Positions 1 through 8,312 of a stretch of 32,000 bases of DNA are shown one piece after another. Source of the DNA: Candidatus Electronema halotolerans (lineage in GTDB: Bacteria; Desulfobacterota; Desulfobulbia; Desulfobulbales; Desulfobulbaceae). The DNA lies in NCBI GenBank assembly GCA_942493095.1, contig OW818675.1:3000001-3032000 (forward strand), given 5' to 3'. Position numbers and translations under genes: made by a program. Every line of letters starts with the position of its first letter. Positions within the stretch are counted from its first letter, which is position 1. The notes under the pieces are model-generated. The model saw only the letters and a program-made list of their open reading frames with translations. It made no database searches and was not told the DNA's origin.

Positions 1-140
1 CCAAGGGAGCTTTGATGTCTGGATCAGGCTCCACAGTCTTTGGCCTGTTTGCCGACCACACAGCAAAACAGGCTGAACAATGCTGCCACGAATTGAAAAA
101 AGAATACGGACAGACTTTTCTTGTTGCGCCGTTGCTGTAG
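1..140 (+). CDS. ispE: 4-diphosphocytidyl-2-C-methyl-D-erythritol kinase, C-terminal end (5' part lies outside the window)
   Basis: The frame starting at nt 3 reads KGALMSGSGSTVFGLFADHTAKQAEQCCHELKKEYGQTFLVAPLL*, with the stop at 138-140. MSGSGSTVFGLF matches the GHMP-kinase motif 3 of IspE. The order ispE, tRNA-Gln, prs, rplY is widely conserved. The ORF is absent from the track because it is truncated. Confidence 0.75.
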   Translation, partial: KGALMSGSGSTVFGLFADHTAKQAEQCCHELKKEYGQTFLVAPLL

Positions 141-183
141 GAACGGCCCTGTCCGCAGCGAAAATTCGCAAGATTGACAGGCA

Positions 184-258
184 TGGGGTGTCGTCAAGCG
201 GTAAGACACAAGGTTTTGATCCTTGCATTCGGGGGTTCGAATCCTCCCACCCCAGCCA
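184..258 (+). tRNA. tRNA-Gln (anticodon UUG), CCA encoded
   Basis: A hand-folded cloverleaf works. Acceptor TGGGGTG/CACCCCA; D arm GTC..GAC; anticodon stem CAAGG/CCTTG with loop TTTTGAT (TTG anticodon); variable CATTC; T arm GGGGG-TTCGAAT-CCTCC; discriminator G plus CCA. Total 75 nt. Confidence 0.9.
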
Positions 259-293
259 TCTTTGCGCAGGAAGCAGTGCGATAAGGAATTGAA

Positions 294-1232
294 ATGCCCA
301 ATATAATGAAGGTATTCACCGGCAACGCCAACCCGGAGATTGCGCGGGAAATCTGCAATTATTTGGACATGCCGCTCTCCAGTGCCGAGGTGCGGAAGTT
401 CAGCGACGGCGAGATTTCCGTTGAGATCGGCGAAAATGTGCGGGGCACGGATGTCTTTGTCATCCAGCCCACCTGCACCCCGGTCAACGATCACCTGATG
501 GAGCTGGTGATCATCGTTGATGCGCTGCGCCGGGCTTCAGCGCGGCGGATCACCGCTGTTCTGCCCTATTACGGCTATGCCCGCCAAGACCGGAAAATCC
601 GGCCACGGGTGCCCATCACCGCCAAGGTGGTGGCGGAAATGCTGATGGCGGTCGGCACGAGAAGGGTGCTCTGCATGGACCTTCATGCCGGACAGATTCA
701 GGGTTTTTTCACCATTCCGGTGGATCATCTGTATTCCTCCCCGATCATGCTGGAACACATCCGCAAGAATTTTGACGACGTGGTCATGGTTTCGCCGGAT
801 GCGGGCGGTGTGGAGCGCACCCGCGCCTTTGCCAAGCGGCTCAATGCGGATTTAGCCATTATTGACAAGCGGCGCGAGCGGGCCAATGAATGCGAGGCCA
901 TGAATGTCATCGGCAACGTGAACGGCAAAACCGCCATTCTCTTGGATGACATGGTCGATACCGCAGGCACCCTTTGCGGCGCGGCGGCCAAGCTCAAGGA
1001 AAAAGGGGCGAAAGAAGTTCACGCCTGCTGCGCCCATGCCGTGCTTTCCGGGCCAGCCATTGAGCGGATCAACAATTCGGAAATCAAATCGCTGGTGGTG
1101 ACCAATTCCATCCCTCTGGGCGACAAAGGCGAACGTTGTCCCAAGATTAAAGTGCTTTCTGTGGGCGAGCTGCTGGGCGAGGCGATCAGCCGCATTCATT
1201 CTGAGGACTCAGTCAGCTACCTCTTTGTCTGA
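294..1232 (+). CDS. prs: ribose-phosphate pyrophosphokinase (PRPP synthetase)
   Basis: 312-aa ORF with a typical Prs N-terminus ([15 protein letters not shown]...FSDGEI.VEI.ENVRG.DVF..Q), the PRPP-binding loop ([12 protein letters not shown]) and the expected length. It follows tRNA-Gln as in many bacteria. Confidence 0.95.
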   Translation: MPNIMKVFTGNANPEIAREICNYLDMPLSSAEVRKFSDGEISVEIGENVRGTDVFVIQPTCTPVNDHLMELVIIVDALRRASARRITAVLPYYGYARQDRKIRPRVPITAKVVAEMLMAVGTRRVLCMDLHAGQIQGFFTIPVDHLYSSPIMLEHIRKNFDDVVMVSPDAGGVERTRAFAKRLNADLAIIDKRRERANECEAMNVIGNVNGKTAILLDDMVDTAGTLCGAAAKLKEKGAKEVHACCAHAVLSGPAIERINNSEIKSLVVTNSIPLGDKGERCPKIKVLSVGELLGEAISRIHSEDSVSYLFV

Positions 1233-1340
1233 GCCGCCTTGCCGCGCAGAGAAGATGGACAGAGATATTGCAGCCAGGACTGGTGCCTGCGCTGAAAAAA
1301 GAGTTTCTCGACATATTTTGATGAACTGGAGAACAAGATC

Positions 1341-1895
1341 ATGATTCAGGTGAACATGTCGGCTGCAAAGCGGACGGCGTTTGGCAAAGGCGAGTGCCGT
1401 CGGCTGCGCATGGCGAAAAAGACCCCGGCGGTGATTTACAGCAAGGGTGAGCCAAGCCTGCCCCTGCTGTTCGATGAGACAGTCCTGTACAAAGACCTGC
1501 TTTTCATCCACCGCCGCAACGCGGTGGTCACGCTGCATGTTGAAGGGGATGAGAAAGAGAGCCGTCATGCCATGGTTCAGGAAATTCAGAAAGCTCCGGC
1601 AGTGGAGCGGGTCCTGCATGTGGATTTTCTGGAAATTGACCTGAACAAGCCGGTCTGCTTGGAAGTGCCTTTGCAGGTTACTGGCACCGCCAAGGGCGTG
1701 GAAATGGGCGGCGACCTGACCGTGACCAAGTCGTCAGTCACGCTGCGCGGCTGTCCTTTGGACATTCCTGATGAGATTGTCGCTGACGTGACCGCCTTGG
1801 ACAAGGGCGACCATCTGACCTGCTCCGCCCTCACCGTTCCAGCCAAGGTGGAGATGCTCGACGATCCGGCCACGGTCTGCGCCTCAGTGGCCTGA
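1341..1895 (+). CDS. rplY: 50S ribosomal protein L25 / general stress protein Ctc (long form)
   Basis: 184-aa ORF. The N-terminus AAKRTAFGKGECRRLRMAKKTPAVIYSKG matches the L25/Ctc signature (R..GKG..RRLR..G.IPAV.Y). Position after prs is conserved. GGAG-like RBS upstream. Confidence 0.9.
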   Translation: MIQVNMSAAKRTAFGKGECRRLRMAKKTPAVIYSKGEPSLPLLFDETVLYKDLLFIHRRNAVVTLHVEGDEKESRHAMVQEIQKAPAVERVLHVDFLEIDLNKPVCLEVPLQVTGTAKGVEMGGDLTVTKSSVTLRGCPLDIPDEIVADVTALDKGDHLTCSALTVPAKVEMLDDPATVCASVA

Positions 1896-1954
1896 CCCAA
1901 GCCGCACAGACTTTTCTGTCCGCATTCCACCTGCCTTGCGGGCAGCATTGAGAA

Positions 1955-1989
1955 ACCGGAAGAACCTGCTTGGTTCCTCCGGTTTTTTT
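1955..1989 (+). terminator. rho-independent terminator after rplY
   Basis: ACCGGAAGAACC / GGTTCCTCCGGT stem (one mismatch) with a short loop, followed by TTTTTTT. Confidence 0.7.
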
Positions 1990-2296
1990 ATGGGCAAGAC
2001 TGAGGGTGATGCAAGTTCCGGCCTGCGGCAGGTTCGATGTGAGCGTAAGGAATCTGTCAACCATCCCCGTCAGGCTGCGCCAGCGGAGCAAGGGCAGAAG
2101 AAGCCTGCCGGGGCAGCAAGGAAGCTGTTGGATTTGATGGAGAGGAAGGGGATTGAGGTGCTGATTTGAAATGCTGAATCCAGCAGGCGGTGAATTCGGC
2201 GTACGATTTTCTATGAGCAAAGGAAGCCGTTCATTCGCACTCTGCGACACTGATAGAGGACAGCGGCGCAGCGAGCCGGGCCGCGCTTGCAGCAGC

Positions 2297-2938
2297 TTAT
2301 TGCGGAGAATGTGCAGGAGTTTTGCGCCCTGTTGTGACCTGCTTGGAAAGCTCTGGCAATATATAAATTGTGCGAAGAATGTTTTCCGCGATTTCAAGCG
2401 CAGCTACAAGTTCACGCGGTTTTGCAGATGTAATTTCATGCGCGGCAGCATTGCCCAGAAATCGGTGAGTGTGAAGAATGTCGGCCTGTGCTTTTGATAA
2501 AACACCATTGGTCGCCAGCCCGTTAATAAGCTGTTCGAGGTTGTGGCCATCAATCCCTTGGTCTCTGCAAATCGACTCAATCAATGCTCGCAACCCGATG
2601 CCAGAGAGAACTGGAAGTTGCGCATTCATAGAACTGATGATCTCTTTGTAAATGAGCCGAACTTTGAAAGGTAGTTCGTACACGTCATCTATTGGCTTTA
2701 GCTCGGAAGATCCCTGTGGATACGTTGTCAATATTGGATACCACTCACCGGTATCTGTGTCCCTGTTGTTGTCATACCATTCTTCAATCGCATAATTAAA
2801 CGCCTCACAACCGGCGCACCTAGCGAAGTAATGAGTTTCACCCGATTTGGAATCGTCGGGATCAGGAGAGGAAACGTTTTCTTGAATCAGCACGTTGTGG
2901 TTTGTGTGCTTACCGCATTGGTGACAGAATATCTTCAT
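2297..2938 (-). CDS. orphan protein with an N-terminal CxxC...CxxC zinc ribbon and a C-terminal DUF4145-like (possibly HEPN-like) domain
   Basis: 213-aa ORF. N-terminus has CHQC...CAGC. C-terminus has LRALIESICRD...LINGLA..GVLSKAQADILHTHRFLGNAAAHE, which I recognise as the DUF4145 pattern (helical, R..GN.AAH motif). The gene and its flanks are visibly AT-richer than their neighbours. Confidence 0.65.
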   Translation of the reverse strand: MKIFCHQCGKHTNHNVLIQENVSSPDPDDSKSGETHYFARCAGCEAFNYAIEEWYDNNRDTDTGEWYPILTTYPQGSSELKPIDDVYELPFKVRLIYKEIISSMNAQLPVLSGIGLRALIESICRDQGIDGHNLEQLINGLATNGVLSKAQADILHTHRFLGNAAAHEITSAKPRELVAALEIAENILRTIYILPELSKQVTTGRKTPAHSPQ

Positions 2939-3059
2939 GGTTGAAACCTTAGCAAAAGTAAAACTGTATAATCATCCAGCTTACAGCGCACACCTTCCCA
3001 ATTCAACAGAGAAAATCCCCCTCAGCACCACCCCGTCCATACGCCCATCAAGGCCGGGC

Positions 3060-3250
3060 TTCCACTCCATGCTGCCATGCAGAAAATCTCGATGCATGCA
3101 TGAAGGAAATCTCAAAGCAAGCATAGAGTGACTCTCCATGCTGCGTTGGAGAGAGGCTCAAACGTAGCATGGAGGATGTCTCCAACGTAGCATCGAAAAT
3201 CTTTCCATGCATGCATGGAAATTTTCTGTATGCATGCATCGACTTTTCCC
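3060..3250. repeat. cluster of short palindromes and direct repeats built around ATGCATGCAT
   Basis: ATGCATGCAT occurs at 3092-3101, 3207-3216 (within the perfect 14-bp palindrome CCATGCATGCATGG, 3205-3218) and 3230-3239. GAAAATCT occurs at 3082-3089 and 3194-3201. AACGTAGCAT(G/C)GA is a direct repeat at 3161 and 3184. CCATGCTGC occurs at 3067 and 3136. Small hairpins are CTCTCCA..TGGAGAG and TGGAG..CTCCA. Confidence 0.8.
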
Positions 3251-3261
3251 GCCGCCTTCCC

Positions 3262-6200
3262 TCACTCCACCCGCCGACACAGCTCCTCGGCCTTTTTCCT
3301 CTGAGCATCCAGCCGCTTTTCTGAGACCGGCAAGGCCGTGCCGATTTCCGGGGCAAAGACCGAGACCTTGAATTCTTCTGTCATCCTGCGGAACAAGGCC
3401 AGCTCCTCGTGGCAGGCAGGGCAGCGCGGGCCGCTGTTTTCCTGCATCAGCCGCCGAAGCTGCTCCACAAAGGGCTGCACCCGCTTCGCCTTCTCGTCAT
3501 CCTTGAGCGGCCCATGCTCGGCCCGCTCAATGCGCTTGGCAAGGGCCAGCAGCCAGCGTTTGCGGTCAGGCAGCTCGGCCAGAGGCAGCTTGGCAAGAAA
3601 GTCCTGCGGCACCAAGCCCTCAAGAAGCTGCTGATATTCGGCAAAGCGGGTTTGGCCGCTGCCGATCTTGCCGCTCCGCTGGCGGCACTGAGTAAGCACG
3701 GTTTGCACCTGCCTGCGCGTTGCGAGCAAGTCAGCAATCTGGTTGAGCATTGCCAGTGCTTGCCGCCGCAAGCCTTGCTCTTTCAAGGCAGCGACTGTGG
3801 CGGCAAACTGGGCCTTGCTCGGCAGGCCGTCCAGCTCGTTCAATTGGAACAAGCTGTCCAAGATGCAATTGCGCAGCAGCTCTACAGTTGCCGCCGCACC
3901 GCCCTTCAAGCCGAGCGAGAGCCACGAAGCGGTCTGCCCGGTCACCGCCGCTTTGCATTCCTTGTTTATTGCCGGAATCTCACCGGGAAACTGGAGGCCG
4001 TAGAGGAAACGCAGCCCGGCTTGGCAGAGGCTCCTTGCCTGCTCCGGGTCAGGGATGTAGCGCAGGGCTGCGCTCTGGGGCTGGCCGTTCTTTTCCTCAA
4101 GGAACAGAGCGGGATGATAGAGGCCGGTGATATGTTTCTGTCCATCTTTGACCGGCACAGGCTGGGGCGGCGGATCAAAGTCCCAGCTCGTGAGGCCGCT
4201 GCTTGAGGGCAGCTTGGACGTGCTGCTGGCAGGCGCACCGCCTTTGGCATGACTGACCTTTGGCATGGCGCAGTGCTCGGTCAGTTCTTGGAAAGTGCGG
4301 GTGCAGCAAAGTGTCTGCCCTTTCTCATCGCACAAGCGGAAACGCATCCGCAGATGCAGGGGCAAGTTGTCTAACTGCCAATCCGCCCGCGTCACGGTCA
4401 TCTGAAAACGGCGCAGAATCACCTGTTCCAAGGCCGGATAGAGCGAGCCTTGGCCGACAGCCAGACTGTCCAAAATCGCATCCGCCGCATCGGGCAGGGG
4501 CACAAGCTGGCGGCGCAGACGCTTGGGCAGACTCTTGAGCAAGGCCAAGACCTTGTCCGGCAGCAGGCCCGGCACCAGCCACTCGAACTGCACCGGCGAG
4601 AGGGCGGCGCAGCAGGATGCGGGAATATCGACCGTCACGCCGTCATCCTCCTGGCCGGGCTGGAAGCAGTAGTGCAGCTTGAGGCGGCCCTGCGGCGTTT
4701 GCAGGGTCTCAGGAAAGCGGTACAACGCCTCGCTGTCCGGCTGCTTGCGGCAGACATCCTCCTCTTTCATGCGCAGAAAGGCATCCGCCTCGCCGCCCGC
4801 CTGCCGCTGCTTGGCCTTGTTGCGGAGAAAACGGTTGAGGGTGAAGCGGTCATAAACGAGGCCAAGCCGCTGGTCGTAGAAATCAAACAGGGCCTGCTCA
4901 TCGGTGATCGTGCCGCGCCGCCGGAGCCGCTCCTCCATTTCCTCCAAGCGGCGCAGCAGGTCGAGATTGTGCTGCAAAAAGGGATATGCACCCTCCAGCT
5001 CGCCGGGCAGCAGGGCCTCACGGATGAAGATCGTCCGCGCCTCCTCAGCCGTCTGCTGGCTGATGCGGCCATAGTTGACCTTGCGGTTCGCCGCAATGAT
5101 CAGGCCGAAAAGCGTCACCTTTTCCAAGGCCACGACTTGCCCGGCCTTCTTCTCCCAGTGCGGGTCAGAGTAGGAGCGTTTGCACAAGTCGCCGCCGAGC
5201 CGCTCCAGCCAACTCACGTCGATATTCGCAGCCATGCGGGCAAAGAGCTGCGAGGTCTGGACAAAGTCGGTCGCCACAATCCACTGGCCGCCCTTGTTAT
5301 AGAGATGCGAGCCGGGGAAGATCACGGCCTCGCGGTTGCCAGTGATTTGATAAGTGTTCTTCTCCTTTTTTATGGCAATATTGCGGAGAAAACCGGCAGT
5401 GATCGCCTGATGCACCGCCTCTGGAGGCGCAGGCGCAGCCTCGTTCTCCTCCATTCGCGCCAAGGCCGGGCCGAATTCTTCGTGCTGCTTGAGAATGCGG
5501 AGGATTTGCTCGTGGATGTCAAACCACTCCCGCATTCGCTGCCATGAGCAGAAATTGGCAGTGCAGAAGCGGCGTAATTCACCCGCCGTAGGGGCGGTTC
5601 GTGAACCGCCCCTACAAGCATTCCATATATTCACCAGCGTCAACAGATCAGAGCCGGGCGCGGCAAACTGGAGATGCGCCTGCCGCGCCTTCTCCTTCTT
5701 CTCCGCCGGGACAATGCGCGGGTCTTGAATAGCCAAGGCCGCCGCAATGATGCTCACTTCCCGCAGCGCGCCCAAGTCCGCGCTCTCAATAATCATCCGG
5801 GATATACGCGGATCAATGGGCAGCCGGGCCATGATCCTGCCGCGCTTGGTCAGGCGATGCTCCGGCGTGACTGCGCCCAGTTCCCGCAAGGTGCGGTAGG
5901 CTTCGCTGACAGCCTGTGATGCGGGCGGATCGAGAAAAGGAAACTGGCTCGGCGGCGGCAGGTGCAGCGCGGTCATCTGGAGGATGACTTCGGCTAAGTT
6001 GGAGCGCAGTATCTCCGGTAAGGTAAAATCCGGGCGGGAAAGGAAATCCTCCTCGCTATAGAGGCGGATGCAGCGGCCCGGCCCGATGCGCCCGCAGCGG
6101 CCAGCCCGCTGGCGGCAGCTCGCCTGCGAGACCCGCGTCACCGGCAGGCTGGTGGTGCCGGAACGCGGGCTGTAACGGGAGATGCGGGCCAGGCCGGTGT

Positions 6201-7176
6201 CAATCACTGTCTCGATGCCCGGCACGGTGATCGAGGTCTCGGCCACATTGGTGGCGACAATGATCTTGCGGACTTGCGCGGGCTGAAAGATGCGCCGCTG
6301 CTCGCCGCCTTGGAGACGGCCAAAGAGCGGCAGCACCAGTGCCTGATCTTGGAACTGCTTTTTGAGCACGTCGGCAGTATCAAGGATGTCGCGTTCCGTG
6401 GGCATGAAGATGAGAATATCGCCGCCCGGCTTGCTCATCACCCGGCGCACCTGCTCAATGATTAATTCGCTCAGGTCTTTGGCCTCGTCGTCCTCGTCCG
6501 AATCCGCGCCCGGCGGACAGTATTCCATCGTCACCGGATAGGTTCTTCCCTCGACCTGAATAATCGGCGCATCACTGAAATGCCTGCTGAACTTCTCGGT
6601 GTCAATGGTCGCAGATGAGATGAGCAGCTTCAGATCGGGCCGCCGGGCCAGCAATTGGTGCAAATAGCCGAGGAGAAAGTCAATGTTCAGGCTGCGTTCA
6701 TGGGCCTCGTCAATAATCAGGGTGTCGTAACGGCGCAGGTCGCGGTCGCCCTGCGTTTCAGCGAGCAGCACCCCGTCAGTCATGAACTTGATCCGGGTCT
6801 GCGGCCCGGTGCGGTCGCTGAAACGAATCTTGTAGCCAACCAGCTCGGCGGCACCCAGCTCCTCCTGCACCCGCTCAGTGACAGAGACCGCAGCAATGCG
6901 GCGCGGCTGGGTGCAGCCGATCAGACACCGGCCTGCTGCCCGGCCCGCTTCCAAGCACATTTTGGGCAACTGGGTTGTCTTGCCGGAGCCGGTGTCGCCC
7001 GCAACAACCACGACCTGATGTTCTTGGACAGCGCGGATGATTTCATCCTTGCGGGCGGTGATGGGAAGCTGGGCTGGGTAGTGGATGCGCATGAGAAACG
7101 GGCTGATTGAGCGGAATGAAGCGGAGATGGATTGCCTTTGCGCTGCCACTATACGGTGTTCCGGCATTGAAGGCAA
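3262..7176 (-). CDS. hrpA: ATP-dependent RNA helicase HrpA (DEAH-box)
   Basis: 1304-aa ORF with GDTGSGKTTQLP (Walker A), IIDEAHERS (DEAH), SSAT and QRAGRCGR (motif VI), followed by a long HrpA-type C-terminal region. The true start may be the internal ATG at 7092 (MRIHYPAQLPI...). Confidence 0.92.
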   Translation of the reverse strand: MPSMPEHRIVAAQRQSISASFRSISPFLMRIHYPAQLPITARKDEIIRAVQEHQVVVVAGDTGSGKTTQLPKMCLEAGRAAGRCLIGCTQPRRIAAVSVTERVQEELGAAELVGYKIRFSDRTGPQTRIKFMTDGVLLAETQGDRDLRRYDTLIIDEAHERSLNIDFLLGYLHQLLARRPDLKLLISSATIDTEKFSRHFSDAPIIQVEGRTYPVTMEYCPPGADSDEDDEAKDLSELIIEQVRRVMSKPGGDILIFMPTERDILDTADVLKKQFQDQALVLPLFGRLQGGEQRRIFQPAQVRKIIVATNVAETSITVPGIETVIDTGLARISRYSPRSGTTSLPVTRVSQASCRQRAGRCGRIGPGRCIRLYSEEDFLSRPDFTLPEILRSNLAEVILQMTALHLPPPSQFPFLDPPASQAVSEAYRTLRELGAVTPEHRLTKRGRIMARLPIDPRISRMIIESADLGALREVSIIAAALAIQDPRIVPAEKKEKARQAHLQFAAPGSDLLTLVNIWNACRGGSRTAPTAGELRRFCTANFCSWQRMREWFDIHEQILRILKQHEEFGPALARMEENEAAPAPPEAVHQAITAGFLRNIAIKKEKNTYQITGNREAVIFPGSHLYNKGGQWIVATDFVQTSQLFARMAANIDVSWLERLGGDLCKRSYSDPHWEKKAGQVVALEKVTLFGLIIAANRKVNYGRISQQTAEEARTIFIREALLPGELEGAYPFLQHNLDLLRRLEEMEERLRRRGTITDEQALFDFYDQRLGLVYDRFTLNRFLRNKAKQRQAGGEADAFLRMKEEDVCRKQPDSEALYRFPETLQTPQGRLKLHYCFQPGQEDDGVTVDIPASCCAALSPVQFEWLVPGLLPDKVLALLKSLPKRLRRQLVPLPDAADAILDSLAVGQGSLYPALEQVILRRFQMTVTRADWQLDNLPLHLRMRFRLCDEKGQTLCCTRTFQELTEHCAMPKVSHAKGGAPASSTSKLPSSSGLTSWDFDPPPQPVPVKDGQKHITGLYHPALFLEEKNGQPQSAALRYIPDPEQARSLCQAGLRFLYGLQFPGEIPAINKECKAAVTGQTASWLSLGLKGGAAATVELLRNCILDSLFQLNELDGLPSKAQFAATVAALKEQGLRRQALAMLNQIADLLATRRQVQTVLTQCRQRSGKIGSGQTRFAEYQQLLEGLVPQDFLAKLPLAELPDRKRWLLALAKRIERAEHGPLKDDEKAKRVQPFVEQLRRLMQENSGPRCPACHEELALFRRMTEEFKVSVFAPEIGTALPVSEKRLDAQRKKAEELCRRVE
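5588..5615. repeat. 28-bp palindromic element inside the hrpA coding sequence
   Basis: GTAGGGGCGGTTC-GT-GAACCGCCCCTAC has 13-bp perfect arms. On the coding strand it is read in frame as CRGGSRTAPT. It has the same architecture as the intergenic copy at 12049-12076. Confidence 0.85.
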
Positions 7177-7270
7177 AGGGAATGCGCAATGCTGCTGTTT
7201 CTCTGCCGCGTATCATCCAAGAATGAAAGCGAAACACCAGAAAACCTTGACCGCCATTGTGGTAATGGTG

Positions 7271-8287
7271 AATCATGAGTGATGGGTTGAAAATATGTTG
7301 AAATTGCTGAAAAATATAATATACTGGCGACAGGGGATGCTCTCTGTCCCATCGGCTCTTCGTCGGATGCGCATGTTAAGCCTTCATTATGAATAAAACA
7401 AACATGGAGAAGAAAGCTGTGCAATGCCCAAGATGTGGTTCATCGGTCATTGTGAAAAATGGCTCAAATGCGAATGGAAAAAAGAAATTTTTATGTAAGG
7501 ACTGCTCACGCCAATTCGTTGAGAATCCTCAGAACAAAACAATATATAATGCTGAATGGCGCATAGTTGATAAGCTTCTTGTTGAAAGAATCTCCTTGGC
7601 TGGGATTGCGAGAGCCGTTTCCATCTCAAAAAGATGGCTTCAGGAATATGTTAAAAAAAAACGAAATGAAGTCAAAAAAGAGGCTTTCAATATGTCCCGC
7701 AACGGAAAAATCTTCATCGAAGCCGATGAAATGTGGACTTTCGTTGGTGACAAGGAAAATGATATTTGGATATGGCTTGCTATCGAGAGAAGAACAAAGC
7801 TTATTGTCGGGTATCATGTTGGAAAAAGAGATAATGCAGGAGCAGCCGCCTTGTGGGACTCCCTTTCTGAAGATTGCAAAAAGAACGGAATATTTTTTAC
7901 GGATGGACTCGCCGCTTATTCGAGCGTGTTTCCAGCTGAAAGGCATAGAATTGTCAGCAAAGGAAGCGGAAAAACAAGTCATATCGAAAGGCTCAATTTG
8001 ACATTCAGACAAAGATTGTCTGCACTTGTCAGAAAGACCATTTCATTTTCGAGAAGCATCGAAAATTTAACTGCATCTGTCTGGAGGTTCATTCAAGATT
8101 ATAATAATAATCTTTTGTTTAATTGATCACTCACAGTTCACCATCACCGTTTATGCTGCTTCTCGGCCTACTCCAGCACTTGGTCGAATTTGCTTTGGCC
8201 GGGCGGTTGCACAAGGCAAGCCTCTTAGCTTTCAAATCTTTTGAGAGCCATATATTTTCAACTCATCACTCGCGATTCACCATTACC
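7271..8287 (+). mobile_element. IS1-family insertion sequence (about 1017 bp)
   Basis: Terminal inverted repeats: GGTAATGGTGAATCATGAGTGATGGGTTGAAAATAT on the left versus ATATTTTCAACTCATCACTCGCGATTCACCATTACC on the right, about 35 bp with a few mismatches. The GGTAATG terminus is typical of IS1. It encloses an IS1-type transposase and is AT-rich relative to its flanks. No direct target duplication is visible. Confidence 0.85.
7389..8126 (+). CDS. IS1-family transposase (single fused InsAB-like ORF)
   Basis: 245 aa. N-terminal Zn finger CPRCGS...CKDCSRQF, an HTH-like ISLAGIARAVSISKRWLQEYV, then the DDE region IEADEMWTFVGDKENDIWIWLAIERRTKLIVGYHVGKR...FFTDGLAAY. Confidence 0.88.
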   Translation: MNKTNMEKKAVQCPRCGSSVIVKNGSNANGKKKFLCKDCSRQFVENPQNKTIYNAEWRIVDKLLVERISLAGIARAVSISKRWLQEYVKKKRNEVKKEAFNMSRNGKIFIEADEMWTFVGDKENDIWIWLAIERRTKLIVGYHVGKRDNAGAAALWDSLSEDCKKNGIFFTDGLAAYSSVFPAERHRIVSKGSGKTSHIERLNLTFRQRLSALVRKTISFSRSIENLTASVWRFIQDYNNNLLFN

Positions 8288-8312
8288 CCTGCGCTTGGAA
8301 CTTGAATTCAGC

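Noticed and set aside
2040-2160. Possible SRP (4.5S) RNA: CCCGTCAGG...GGAGCAAGGGCAG resembles the domain IV CAGG/AGCA motifs
   Set aside because: The candidate apical loop (CTGC-GCCA-GCGG) is not a GNRA tetraloop. The flanking strands do not form the long continuous helix required, and local alternative hairpins compete. It is most likely a chance resemblance, and an Infernal scan would settle it.
3048-3356. 102-aa minus-strand ORF across the palindrome cluster
   Set aside because: It overlaps the 3' end of hrpA in another frame. Its repeated peptide segments mirror the DNA repeats, and there is no RBS.
4450-5547. 365-aa plus-strand ORF, together with other plus-strand ORFs within 3338-7110
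   Set aside because: All lie antisense within hrpA and have Ala/Arg/Leu/Gly-biased composition. The HrpA frame carries the complete helicase motif set.
7567-8001. 144-aa alternative-frame ORF inside the IS1 transposase gene
   Set aside because: It lies in the +1 frame with no RBS and no recognisable motifs. Frame 0 carries the complete Zn-finger/HTH/DDE transposase. It is probably fortuitous, although unusually long for AT-rich DNA.
8241-8312. N-terminal extension of the membrane-protein ORF (MRAIYFQLITRDSPLPLRLELEFS)
   Set aside because: The extension begins inside the IS1 right inverted repeat. It is more likely an artefact of the insertion than the native start.
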